Part shown: piece after piece, positions 1 to 7,775 of the stretch
Position numbering within the stretch: the stretch's first letter is position 1
Layout of the letters: each line of letters begins with the position of its first letter
DNA from: Archangium sp.
GTDB taxonomy: Bacteria; Myxococcota; Myxococcia; Myxococcales; Myxococcaceae
DNA length: 26,621 bases
Direction: 5' to 3'
Assembly: GCA_031367385.1 (NCBI GenBank)
Contig: JANLPS010000419.1
Location: 1 to 26,621 of the forward strand
Notes under the pieces: generated by a model
Told to the model about the DNA's origin: nothing
The model's database searches: none
What the model saw: only the letters and a program-made list of their open reading frames with translations
Position numbers and translations under genes: made by a program

Positions 1-561
1 GGAGATCGCGGTCAGCATCACCGGGTCCCAATTGATGAGCTTGTTCGCGCGGTAAATCAGCCCGTCTTGGTACAGCTTGATGAACACCTCTTTGACGGCC
101 TCAGAGACCCCCGCGTCCATCGTGAAGCGCTCGCGTGACCAATCGAGCGACGCGCCGAGCACCTTGTGCTGCTCGCCGATGCGGGCTCCGTACTTCGCCT
201 TCCACTCCCAGACGCGCTCGAGAAACGCCTCGCGGCCCAGGTCGTGCCGCGACTTCTTCTCGGTCTTCATCAGCTCCTTCTCGACCATCATCTGCGTCGC
301 GATGCCGGCGTGATCGGTGCCCGGCAGCCACAGGCAGTTGAACCCGCTCATCCGCTTCCACCGAATGAGCACGTCTTGAATCGTGGCCGTCAACGCATGG
401 CCCAGGTGCAGCGACCCCGTCACGTTGGGAGGCGGCAAGACGATCGAGAACGGGGGCTTCTTCGAGCCCAGCTCGGGGGTGAAATAGCCGCGGTCGAGCC
501 ACAGCGGGTACCACTTGGCTTCAACTTCGGTCGGCTCGTACGACTTCGACAACTCAGTCAT
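1..561 (-). CDS. valS: Valine--tRNA ligase, N-terminal part (runs off the left edge)
   Basis: Manual translation from ATG at 561: [21 protein letters not shown]...[20 protein letters not shown]...[13 protein letters not shown]...[15 protein letters not shown]...INWDP. Contains the class I HIGH-type motif and ValRS signatures. Absent from the ORF track because it has no stop in the window. Confidence 0.97.
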   Translation of the reverse strand, partial: MTELSKSYEPTEVEAKWYPLWLDRGYFTPELGSKKPPFSIVLPPPNVTGSLHLGHALTATIQDVLIRWKRMSGFNCLWLPGTDHAGIATQMMVEKELMKTEKKSRHDLGREAFLERVWEWKAKYGARIGEQHKVLGASLDWSRERFTMDAGVSEAVKEVFIKLYQDGLIYRANKLINWDPVMLTAIS

Positions 562-583
562 GACTCTCTCTTCATCCGCCCAC

Positions 584-637
584 TCTCATGGTGAGCCTGT
601 CGAACCACGAACCACGAACCACGAACCACGAACCACG
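584..637. repeat. REP-like hairpin element (TCTCATGGTGAGCCTGTCGAACC) plus 5 tandem CGAACCA heptamers, copy 1
   Basis: Near-identical to 5045-5104; heptamers at 601-635 counted directly. Confidence 0.9.
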
Positions 638-674
638 CAACAACGGCGGCCACTCTGAACAGGAGCGACCGCCG
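638..674 (-). terminator. Probable intrinsic terminator or 3' hairpin of romR
   Basis: Minus strand CGGCGGTCGCTC-ctgttca-GAGTGGCCGCCG (12-bp stem with G-U pairs) followed by TTGTTG, about 33 nt after the romR stop. The U-tract is weak. Confidence 0.55.
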
Positions 675-707
675 CCGACAATGAAAAACTTCAGGAGATT
701 GACGGGC

Positions 708-1853
708 TTACGAGAGGCCTTTGGTATCTCGTTCTTTAATCAACCGCTCGAGCTCTTCGCGAATGATCGTCTCGGCGAGCTGAGGCACGACCTCCCAGGC
801 GATCTTCTCGATCACTTCTTTCGACGCCCTCGACAGCGCGTCGCGAAGCATCGCCTCGCCACCATCGCGGCGCGGGCCATCGTCGAGCGACAATGACTCG
901 TGCTGCATCGGGCGCTGCTGCTGCGGCTGCATCGGGCGCGGCAACCCCGGCCCCGGAGCGGCCCCTAACCCGAACGGGTCTCTTCGCTGACCCGGCACGC
1001 CCCCACCCGGCAACGGCGCCGAGTTCGGCGGCCGGGGGAAACCCTGACCCGGCGGCGGCATGCCCGGCCCTGGAGGTCGCATCATGCCCGGCCCCGGAGG
1101 CCCCGGCGGTCGCATACCCGGCGGCGGCATACCCTGCCCCGGCATGCCCGGCCCCGGGGGACCCGGCGGTCGCATGCCCGGCGGCGGCATGCCCGGCCCA
1201 GGAGGCCCCGGCGGTCGCATCATGCCCGGCTGCGGCGGCTGCCCGGGGCCCGGCGGTCTCATGCCCGGAGGCCCCATGCCCTGCGGCGGCGGCGGCCCAC
1301 CCGGCGGCCTCGGCTGCATCGGGTTCGGGGCCGAGGGCACTCCCATCGGCCGGGCCAAACCCGGCTGCGTGCCTTGAGGAATACCGGCCGGCGGTCGCGA
1401 AACGGCCGGCGGCGGCGCAGGAGCGGCCGCAACCGTCGACGTCGTCGACACCGTGCCATAGCCCGTGGGTATCGCAGAAGTGCCTGCGATGCCGACCAGG
1501 CCCTTGACCCGGTCGAGAAAAATCGTGCTGTCGAAGGGCTTCTGCAAATGCGAATTCGCCCCGACGCTGCGCGCACGACCCTCATCGAAGGGCTCGAACG
1601 TGCCGGCCAACAACACCACCGGTATCGAGCTGGTCGAGGGGTCTTGCTTGAGCGCCTCGCACACCTCGTACCCGTTCTTGCCCGGCATCATGCAGTCGGC
1701 GAGCACCAAGTCGGGCCGCATCTCGCGCGCCTTGTTGATGGCGTCGAGGCCGTTGTCGACCATCGTCGTCGTGAAGTCTTCGGTGGCGAACAGCATTGCG
1801 ATCACCTTGCGAATGGTGACCGAATCGTCAGCAACCAGTACGGTTTTGGGCAT
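708..1853 (-). CDS. romR: Cell-polarity response regulator RomR (receiver, Pro-rich disordered linker, conserved C-terminal helix)
   Basis: N-terminal LVADDSVTIRKVI...VLADCMMPGKNGYEVC receiver; C-terminal ASKEVIEKIAWEVVPQLAETIIREELERLI matches Myxococcus RomR as I recall it; adjacent to valS as in M. xanthus. Confidence 0.93.
   Translation of the reverse strand: MPKTVLVADDSVTIRKVIAMLFATEDFTTTMVDNGLDAINKAREMRPDLVLADCMMPGKNGYEVCEALKQDPSTSSIPVVLLAGTFEPFDEGRARSVGANSHLQKPFDSTIFLDRVKGLVGIAGTSAIPTGYGTVSTTSTVAAAPAPPPAVSRPPAGIPQGTQPGLARPMGVPSAPNPMQPRPPGGPPPPQGMGPPGMRPPGPGQPPQPGMMRPPGPPGPGMPPPGMRPPGPPGPGMPGQGMPPPGMRPPGPPGPGMMRPPGPGMPPPGQGFPRPPNSAPLPGGGVPGQRRDPFGLGAAPGPGLPRPMQPQQQRPMQHESLSLDDGPRRDGGEAMLRDALSRASKEVIEKIAWEVVPQLAETIIREELERLIKERDTKGLS
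1050..1290 (-). repeat. Coding imperfect tandem repeat (MRPPGPPGPG / MPPPG units) in the RomR linker
   Basis: Repeated cggcggtcgcat..cccggc units on the + strand; repeats visible in the translation. Boundaries approximate. Confidence 0.8.
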
Positions 1854-1924
1854 GCGCTTCTTTCCGTCGAATCTTCAAAAAGGTGAAAGAACGGCGCGAG
1901 CTTAGGAGCCGCCCCCAAACGCAA

Positions 1925-2695
1925 TCAAGAAAACATGCGCATCGGGTCGAGCACGGTCACGCCCTCCAGTGCCCGGGTCACCCCATCAGCCCTGCGCGCA
2001 CACACACCGACACCGCCGTCGCCCAGGTCCAGCAACACGATCAGCGGTTCTGGCTCGACTCCTGTCAGCGAGAACACGGGGCTCAACAGGCCACCGTGAT
2101 GCACCACCCCCACGAAGGCACCTCGCCCGGGCGCACGGTTGAACGCCGGCCCCCGAGCGATCACCTGCTTCACCAACGGGAGCGGAATGCCGAAGCGTTG
2201 CTCGCCCGATTCGAAGACCAGACATGGCGCTGACCCGTCGGAGGTCACGATTTCTGGCCGGCGCAACTGCTTGGGCAGCCCGCGAGACACCGCGTCAGCG
2301 TCGAGCTCGAAGCACAGCCGGTCATCGAGCAACAACGTGCCTCGCACCGCAGGAGACAACAGCGGTATCAATCGCCTCGGCAGCGAGCTGGTCGGCAGGG
2401 CATTGCCGTCGAACACGCCATCGACCAACCCCACTCGAACCGCCAGCGTCGGGCTGCTGTCGAGCACCAACGCCGTCGCCAGGTCGACGCCTGGAGCGCC
2501 TCCCAAGACCGACGGCAGATCACGCAGCGCCAGGTTGCCGTGCAACGTCTGCTCACCCGCCTCGGGCCGGGCCACCTCGAGCACCCGTACTGCCTCCAGC
2601 GCGTAGCGGGTGCCGACGGCTTCGAAAAAGACACACAGCCGCCGCGGGTCGGTCTCCACGGCCGAGAAGCTCGCTCGCCCGTTGCGCGCTGACAA
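1925..2695 (-). CDS. Tandem CheW-like domain protein (RomA-like); true start may be GTG at 2659
   Basis: Two CheW-like segments (CVFFEAVGTRYALEAVRVLEV; CLVFESGEQRFGIPLPLVKQVI...FVGVVHHGGLLSPVF); directly upstream of romR like M. xanthus romA. Confidence 0.75.
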   Translation of the reverse strand: MSARNGRASFSAVETDPRRLCVFFEAVGTRYALEAVRVLEVARPEAGEQTLHGNLALRDLPSVLGGAPGVDLATALVLDSSPTLAVRVGLVDGVFDGNALPTSSLPRRLIPLLSPAVRGTLLLDDRLCFELDADAVSRGLPKQLRRPEIVTSDGSAPCLVFESGEQRFGIPLPLVKQVIARGPAFNRAPGRGAFVGVVHHGGLLSPVFSLTGVEPEPLIVLLDLGDGGVGVCARRADGVTRALEGVTVLDPMRMFS

Positions 2696-2725
2696 GCAAT
2701 CACCTTAAGGAGCCGTGCTTCTCAA

Positions 2726-3601
2726 ATGGCCTCACGACTCAAGAACATCGCGCGTGAGCTGGCCCAACGGGCCTTGCGCACCCCCCGGGTTCGCCAGCTC
2801 GCCGAACGCGCCGCCAGCTCGCTCGACACCGCGCTGATGCCGGCCTCGACCACCGATGATTTCTACGGGCGCGGGTACTTCGAGAAGACCGGCGCGAGCA
2901 GCGAGGGCAAGGTCAGCGGGTACCAGGGCAGCTATAGCCGCGAGTCATCGCACGCCGATGTGCTCGCCAGGGTGTTGCGCTCGCACTTCGCGCCGAAGCG
3001 CAGCCTCGAGGTGGGGTGCGCACGCGGGTACGTGGTCGAGGCCCTCCGTGAAGCCGGGGTCGATGCCTCCGGTTGCGACTACAGCGTATATGCCGTCAAC
3101 ACCGCCGCGCGCGGCGCCCGAGGCCATGTGGTCTCCGCTGACCTCACCCAGCGGCTGCCGTACCCCGACAAGCAGTTCGATCTGGTGTGCGCCTTCGAGA
3201 CACTCGAGCACCTGCCTCCGACCGCCATTCCGCATGCGATCTCCGAGCTCGCGCGGGTCTCCACCGGGCACGTCGTCGCGACGATTCCGTCGTTCGGTCC
3301 GAACCCTCCGCTCCCATCAGGCTGGTTCGACGCGAAAATCAAAGGTGAACGCGACGCGCACTACCGCGCACTCGGTGAAGCCTACGAAGGCCCGATACCG
3401 TTCGATGATTTGGCCCGCGACGCGAATGGCGCCCCCATCGAAGGCCACCTCACGATCGCCTCGTTTTCATGGTGGGTGAAGCAGTTCGAGGCGGCGGGGC
3501 TGAAGCGCTGCCGGCAGATCGAGATCGACGTGTACGGCGAGCTTCAAGAAGTGAAGCTGGCCGGGCTCCTCGATTTCTACGCCTTTCGCCACGAAGTGTG
3601 A
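2726..3601 (+). CDS. Class I SAM-dependent methyltransferase
   Basis: Motif I SLEVGCARG, GCDYS, ADL..RLPYPDKQFDLVCAFETLEHLP; AAGGAG at 2707-2712 upstream. Confidence 0.85.
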   Translation: MASRLKNIARELAQRALRTPRVRQLAERAASSLDTALMPASTTDDFYGRGYFEKTGASSEGKVSGYQGSYSRESSHADVLARVLRSHFAPKRSLEVGCARGYVVEALREAGVDASGCDYSVYAVNTAARGARGHVVSADLTQRLPYPDKQFDLVCAFETLEHLPPTAIPHAISELARVSTGHVVATIPSFGPNPPLPSGWFDAKIKGERDAHYRALGEAYEGPIPFDDLARDANGAPIEGHLTIASFSWWVKQFEAAGLKRCRQIEIDVYGELQEVKLAGLLDFYAFRHEV

Positions 3602-3631
3602 CCCCAAACGCTGGCTCTGGTACGAACGGGC

Positions 3632-5026
3632 ATGGCGCAGATTTTGTTGGTTGATGATGAGAAGGTCGCCCGTGCTCTCTACACCGACTTCTTGACCGGA
3701 GCGGGCCACTCGGTCACCCCCGTCTCATCTGCAGCCGAAGCCCACAAGGCGTTGGATACGCAGCGTTTTCAGGTGCTGGTCACCGATTTGATCTTGCCCC
3801 AGGGCGACGGCCTCGAGCTCTTTCAATCGGTCAAGGCCCGCTGCCCCGACATCGAGACCATCGTCATCACCGCGCTCGACAAGGTCGAGCCCGCCGTGCG
3901 CGCGATCAAGAGCGGCGCGTCTGATTATCTGGTCAAGCCGATCACGCCCGAGACCCTGGCTCACGCGGTCAACCGCGCGCTGACCCAGAGCTCGTTGCTC
4001 AAAGAGAACGAATCGCTGCGTCGGCACGTGGCGTTGCTCGAGGCCGGTCAACGCATCGCCACCACGCTCGACCGGGTGAAGCTGCTCGAAGCCGCCGGCA
4101 ACTCCTTTTCGTCGATGTGCGGCGCCTCGGCCGTCGTGCTCTTCGTGCGCGAGAACGGTGCCCTCGCCCACGCGTCGCAGTACGGCATACCCGACGACGT
4201 CAAAGAGACGATGCAGGTGGCGACCGGCTCGGTGCTGCAGCTGGCCTCCGAAGTGGGCCGCAGTGGCCAGGAGATCGAGCTCACCCTGCCTGTCGGCTGG
4301 GAGAAAGCGTTTCTCGTGCCGGTCTACGAGAGCGAGCTGCTCCTCGGTGCAGTGTTGCTGCTCTACAGCGGTGACATCTCAACCGAAGGCGTGCTCGAGG
4401 CACCGTATTTGACTCGGCATTTCGCGCTCGGCCTCAAGAACCTGGGCAAGTTCACCGAGGTCGAAGACCTGGTCTACCTCGACGACCTCACGCACCTCTT
4501 CAACAGCCGATACCTCGAGGTGATTCTCAACAAAGAATTCAAGGCGACCGGCGAGAAGGCCTTCACCCTGCTCTTCACCGACTTGGACTATTTCAAGTCG
4601 ATCAACGACACCCACGGTCACGTGGTCGGCTCGAAGTTGTTGGTCGAGGTCGCGCGCGTCTTGAAGAACTGCGTTCGCGACAACGACGTGGTTTGCCGGT
4701 GGGGCGGCGATGAGTACGTCGTGTTGCTGCGTGGCACCGATTCTGGCGGAGCCCTCAAGGTCGCCGAACGAATTCGCCGCTCAATCGAAGGCCACCGCTT
4801 TTTGGCGCGTGAAGGCTACGGCCTCACCATCACCACGTGCATCGGCATCGCCAGCTTCCCCGAGCATGCGACCGACAAGGGCACCCTGCTCGACTTCGCC
4901 GATCGCGCCATGTACCGAGGAAAAAAGGGCTCGCGCAACATCATCTACATGGCGGCGAAGGGGCTCGAAGCGACGCCATCAGCGCGGCACCAGGCCTACA
5001 CCCCCCCGCCCCCCGCCAAGGAATGA
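3632..5026 (+). CDS. Response regulator diguanylate cyclase (REC, GAF-like middle region, GGDEF)
   Basis: ILLVDDE...VTDLILP...YLVKP receiver; YLDDLTHLFN, DLDYFKSINDTHGH, I-site RDND, active site RWGGDEY. Confidence 0.92.
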   Translation: MAQILLVDDEKVARALYTDFLTGAGHSVTPVSSAAEAHKALDTQRFQVLVTDLILPQGDGLELFQSVKARCPDIETIVITALDKVEPAVRAIKSGASDYLVKPITPETLAHAVNRALTQSSLLKENESLRRHVALLEAGQRIATTLDRVKLLEAAGNSFSSMCGASAVVLFVRENGALAHASQYGIPDDVKETMQVATGSVLQLASEVGRSGQEIELTLPVGWEKAFLVPVYESELLLGAVLLLYSGDISTEGVLEAPYLTRHFALGLKNLGKFTEVEDLVYLDDLTHLFNSRYLEVILNKEFKATGEKAFTLLFTDLDYFKSINDTHGHVVGSKLLVEVARVLKNCVRDNDVVCRWGGDEYVVLLRGTDSGGALKVAERIRRSIEGHRFLAREGYGLTITTCIGIASFPEHATDKGTLLDFADRAMYRGKKGSRNIIYMAAKGLEATPSARHQAYTPPPPAKE

Positions 5027-5044
5027 GCACACCAAGAGAATACA

Positions 5045-5104
5045 TCTCATGGTGAGCCTGTCGAACCACGAACCACGAACCACGACCCACGAACCACGAA
5101 CCAC
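5045..5104. repeat. REP-like hairpin element plus 6 CGAACCA heptamers (one variant CGACCCA), copy 2
   Basis: TCTCATGGTGAGCCTGTCGAACCACGAACCACGAACCACGA identical to copy 1; lies between convergent stops of the DGC and the protease. Confidence 0.9.
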
Positions 5105-5106
5105 CC

Positions 5107-6012
5107 CTACGCGGCCCGCCGCTCGCTCGGTCTCACCACGCGCTGCACGCGGGCCTCTCGTTTCCACACCGTCAAATCAACCGCTCTCTCGACCTCGAGA
5201 CACAGCAACCGCTGCAGATCATCGACCGACGTCACCGCCGACCCGTTGACTTGCAGCAGCACATCATCCGCCTCGATGCCTCCCACCGCCGCGGGAGTTC
5301 CCACACCAATCTCCACCACCCGCACACCCTTCGCCTGCCCAATTCTCTCTGACAGCGCCGGAGCGAACGTCTCGTTCTTCGCCGCGATACCAATGAACCG
5401 CCGCCGCACCTCGCCGTGTCTGAGCAAGAGACCGGCGACCCACGACGCGGTGCTCGAAGGCACCGCGAACCCGATGCCCTGCGCCCAGGGCAGCATCGCG
5501 GTATTGATGCCCGCAACCTGCCCCCGCACGTTGAGCAACGGCCCCCCAGAATTTCCCGGGTTGATCGCCGCGTCGGTCTGAATCAACCCATCGAGCGTCG
5601 ACCCGTCTTGCCCGGTTGGCAACCTCCGCTCGAGCGCGCTGACCACGCCCAACGACACGCTACGCTCGAAGCCATAGGGGTGACCCATCGCGATCACGAC
5701 CTGACCGACCTTCACCTGGGCCGCCCCCGCCAATGGGAGCACGGTCAGATCATCACGGCCGCTTCGAACCACCGCCAAATCGGTCGCCGCGTCACGGCCA
5801 ACGACCTCGCCCTCGGCGGTGCCTCCGTCGTGAAATCGAATTCGTACGTGCCCGGTGCCCTTCACCACGTGCGCGTTCGTGAGCACATACCCATCGTTGG
5901 TCAACGCGAACCCGGTGCCGTGGCCTCGTCGGTGCTCGAGCGCGACCACCCCCGGAGCAACGCGAGTCACCAGATTTTCGAGCTCATCAGAGAACAGATC
6001 GAGCGGGTTCAC
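5107..6012 (-). CDS. HtrA/DegP-like (S1C) serine protease with one PDZ domain, no signal peptide
   Basis: GTGF..., LTNAHVV (His), ATDLAVV (Asp), IQTDAAINPGNSGGPL (Ser); C-terminal PDZ (FIGI...GTPAAVGGIEADDVLLQVNG). Confidence 0.92.
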   Translation of the reverse strand: MNPLDLFSDELENLVTRVAPGVVALEHRRGHGTGFALTNDGYVLTNAHVVKGTGHVRIRFHDGGTAEGEVVGRDAATDLAVVRSGRDDLTVLPLAGAAQVKVGQVVIAMGHPYGFERSVSLGVVSALERRLPTGQDGSTLDGLIQTDAAINPGNSGGPLLNVRGQVAGINTAMLPWAQGIGFAVPSSTASWVAGLLLRHGEVRRRFIGIAAKNETFAPALSERIGQAKGVRVVEIGVGTPAAVGGIEADDVLLQVNGSAVTSVDDLQRLLCLEVERAVDLTVWKREARVQRVVRPSERRAA

Positions 6013-6903
6013 CTACTTGGCCCCGAGAACGACCTGCACGTGCTCCACTTTGCCGTTGCGGTACAGCTTGACCGGCACCGTCTGCCCGACGCGGTCCGCT
6101 CGCAGGTACGAGTACAGATCATGGAGCGTCTTCACCGAGTCGTCTCCCAGGTGAAGCACGGTGTCTCCGTAGAAGACCCCTGCTTTCTCAGCCGGGCCAC
6201 CCGCCTCGACGCCGAGTACCAAGAGGCCGATCTCCTCGTCGGTGATGGTGCGAACCGCGTCAGGCAACTGCACCGGTTGCAGCGAAAGGCCCAAGTGACT
6301 CTGGCGAACCCGACCATGCGACTGCAGCTGCGCGACGACCTTCTTCAACGTCGTCGTGGGTATCGTCAGGCTCGTGCGCTGCGCCAAGGCGGTCGAGGTC
6401 ATGCCCAGCACCCGGCCGTCGATGCCCACCAGCGCTCCGCCAGAGAACCCCGGCTGGTGCGGTGCGTCGGCCTCGAGCCATCGATCGATCTCTCCACCCC
6501 GAACCGAACGCCACGGCTTGCGGCCGACCGCGCTCACGATGCCGCTGGTCGCGCGAACCGTCTCGCCAGGTCGAGCGAGGAGCAGCGAGAGCTGCCCCAC
6601 CTTCACCGACTCGCCGTCATTGAACGACGCCGCAGGCAACTCGCCATCAACCAGCTCGAGCAAAGCGATGTCGGTGGTCTGGTCGACGCCCTTCACCGTC
6701 GCCTTGAAGGTCGCATCACCGTTCGAGAGCATCACCGTCTGGTCTCCCTCGAGACCATGCGCGACGGTGATCACCTGCGTTTTCGACCATGCAATGCCGC
6801 TGACGGGCCTGCGCCGGCTGCCCTCGACGCGAACGACGCTCTTGCCAGTTGTTTCAACGACTGAAGACAGCGCCTCAGAAAATTCTGCTGCAGAGATGCC
6901 CAT
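6013..6903 (-). CDS. Divergent S1C trypsin-like protease with PDZ domain, no signal peptide
   Basis: ITVAHG (His), TTDIALL (Asp), PGFSGGAL (Ser); PDZ HLGL...GGPAEKAGVFYGDTV. Its stop abuts the GTG of the next gene. Confidence 0.85.
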   Translation of the reverse strand: MGISAAEFSEALSSVVETTGKSVVRVEGSRRRPVSGIAWSKTQVITVAHGLEGDQTVMLSNGDATFKATVKGVDQTTDIALLELVDGELPAASFNDGESVKVGQLSLLLARPGETVRATSGIVSAVGRKPWRSVRGGEIDRWLEADAPHQPGFSGGALVGIDGRVLGMTSTALAQRTSLTIPTTTLKKVVAQLQSHGRVRQSHLGLSLQPVQLPDAVRTITDEEIGLLVLGVEAGGPAEKAGVFYGDTVLHLGDDSVKTLHDLYSYLRADRVGQTVPVKLYRNGKVEHVQVVLGAK

Positions 6904-6916
6904 GTGTGTGGCCCCA

Positions 6917-6955
6917 AACGAAAAACCGGCGCCGCGAAATGTGGCGCCGGTTCTT
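6917..6955 (-). terminator. Terminator-like hairpin immediately upstream of the protease start
   Basis: AACCGGCGCC..GGCGCCGGTT inverted repeat (6924-6952) followed on the minus strand by TTTCGTTT; A/T flanks on both sides. Confidence 0.5.
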
Positions 6956-6958
6956 CAA

Positions 6959-7021
6959 ACGGTAGGAGCTGTCGTATTCCCGTGAATCAACCGAATGGCT
7001 AAAGCTTCAGCCGTCCGGCCA
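6959..7021 (-). promoter_or_regulatory. Candidate activated promoter of the protease pair: -10 TACCGT plus two 15-bp quasi-palindromic boxes 20 bp apart
   Basis: Boxes TCAACCGAATGGCTA (6987-7001) and TCAGCCGTCCGGCCA (7007-7021); TACCGT on the minus strand at 6964-6959. Confidence 0.4.
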
Positions 7022-7037
7022 GGCACACATTGATTCT

Positions 7038-7676
7038 TTACAAATGAATGATGCCCATCTTCGCCGCGCGAACGACGGCTTCGACCCGCTTCTGCGCATT
7101 CATCTTCTGCAGAATCGAGTTCACGTGAAACTTGGCGGTGTGCTCGGAGATCTCCAGGCGAGCGGCGATTTGTTTGTTCGACAAGCCATCGGCCATCAAA
7201 CCCAACACCTCGTGCTCTCGCTTGGTGAGCGTGTCTTCGGCCACATCGGTCGAGACCGTCACGCCCATGTTCGCCGGCCTCGCCGCCATCAGTTGTTCGA
7301 TGAACGCCGAGTCGACGACCGCCACTGATTCGTGAATCGCCAGCAACGCCGCCGCAATCGCCAACGGTGAGCTCGTGCGCAAAATCGCGCCCGCCGCACC
7401 GGCCGCCATCGCTTCAGCGGCATGCCCCGGCGAGACCAGCGCCAGAATCGGCCGGTCGAGCTGCAACGAACGAATCGACTCGAGCGCTGCCGTCGGGTTC
7501 TGGGTCACGTCGACCAAGATCACATCTGCCTGAGTCACGCGGGCCGAAATTTCGAGGCTCGTTTCGACAGGGCTAAGAATGAGAGACTCCGTCTGAGCGG
7601 CCAGCGCATCAACGAGCGCATGGTCAGCTTGAACGGCAACTTTGAGCAGCATCGTTTTCGGTGGAAGTCCTTGCAT
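7038..7676 (-). CDS. LuxR/NarL-family transcriptional regulator with atypical receiver-like domain
   Basis: C-terminal LTKREHEVLGLMADGLSNKQIAARLEISEHTAKFHVNSILQKM HTH; N-terminal DVILVDV and AGAAGAILR are receiver-like. Confidence 0.9.
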   Translation of the reverse strand: MQGLPPKTMLLKVAVQADHALVDALAAQTESLILSPVETSLEISARVTQADVILVDVTQNPTAALESIRSLQLDRPILALVSPGHAAEAMAAGAAGAILRTSSPLAIAAALLAIHESVAVVDSAFIEQLMAARPANMGVTVSTDVAEDTLTKREHEVLGLMADGLSNKQIAARLEISEHTAKFHVNSILQKMNAQKRVEAVVRAAKMGIIHL

Positions 7677-7759
7677 GATTCCTCAGAGGTAACGCACAAA
7701 CAGTCAGGTGCAACATTCAACGCTCATCAACAACACTGGTACGCGTGAAAGCCGAACGT

Positions 7760-7775
7760 CGTTTCTGCAGAAACG
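7760..7775. promoter_or_regulatory. Perfect 16-bp palindrome CGTTTCTGCAGAAACG, candidate operator
   Basis: Self-complementary; in the luxR/crtY divergent gap, 15 bp before the crtY ATG. Confidence 0.45.

Noticed and set aside
588..896. ORF beginning MVSLSNHEPRTTNHEP (and the similar tail of 4710..5249)
   Set aside because: It is a translation of the REP/heptamer element and runs antisense into romR.
893..1886. Several + strand Pro/Gly/Arg-rich ORFs
   Set aside because: Shadows of the GC-rich romR repeats.
584..5104. Repeats considered as a CRISPR array
   Set aside because: The units are contiguous 7-mers with no unique spacers, copies are kilobases apart, and no cas genes are present.
5416..6864. 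482-aa + strand ORF
   Set aside because: Antisense to the two proteases; stays open because of high-GC codon bias and the in-frame gene junction; no motifs.
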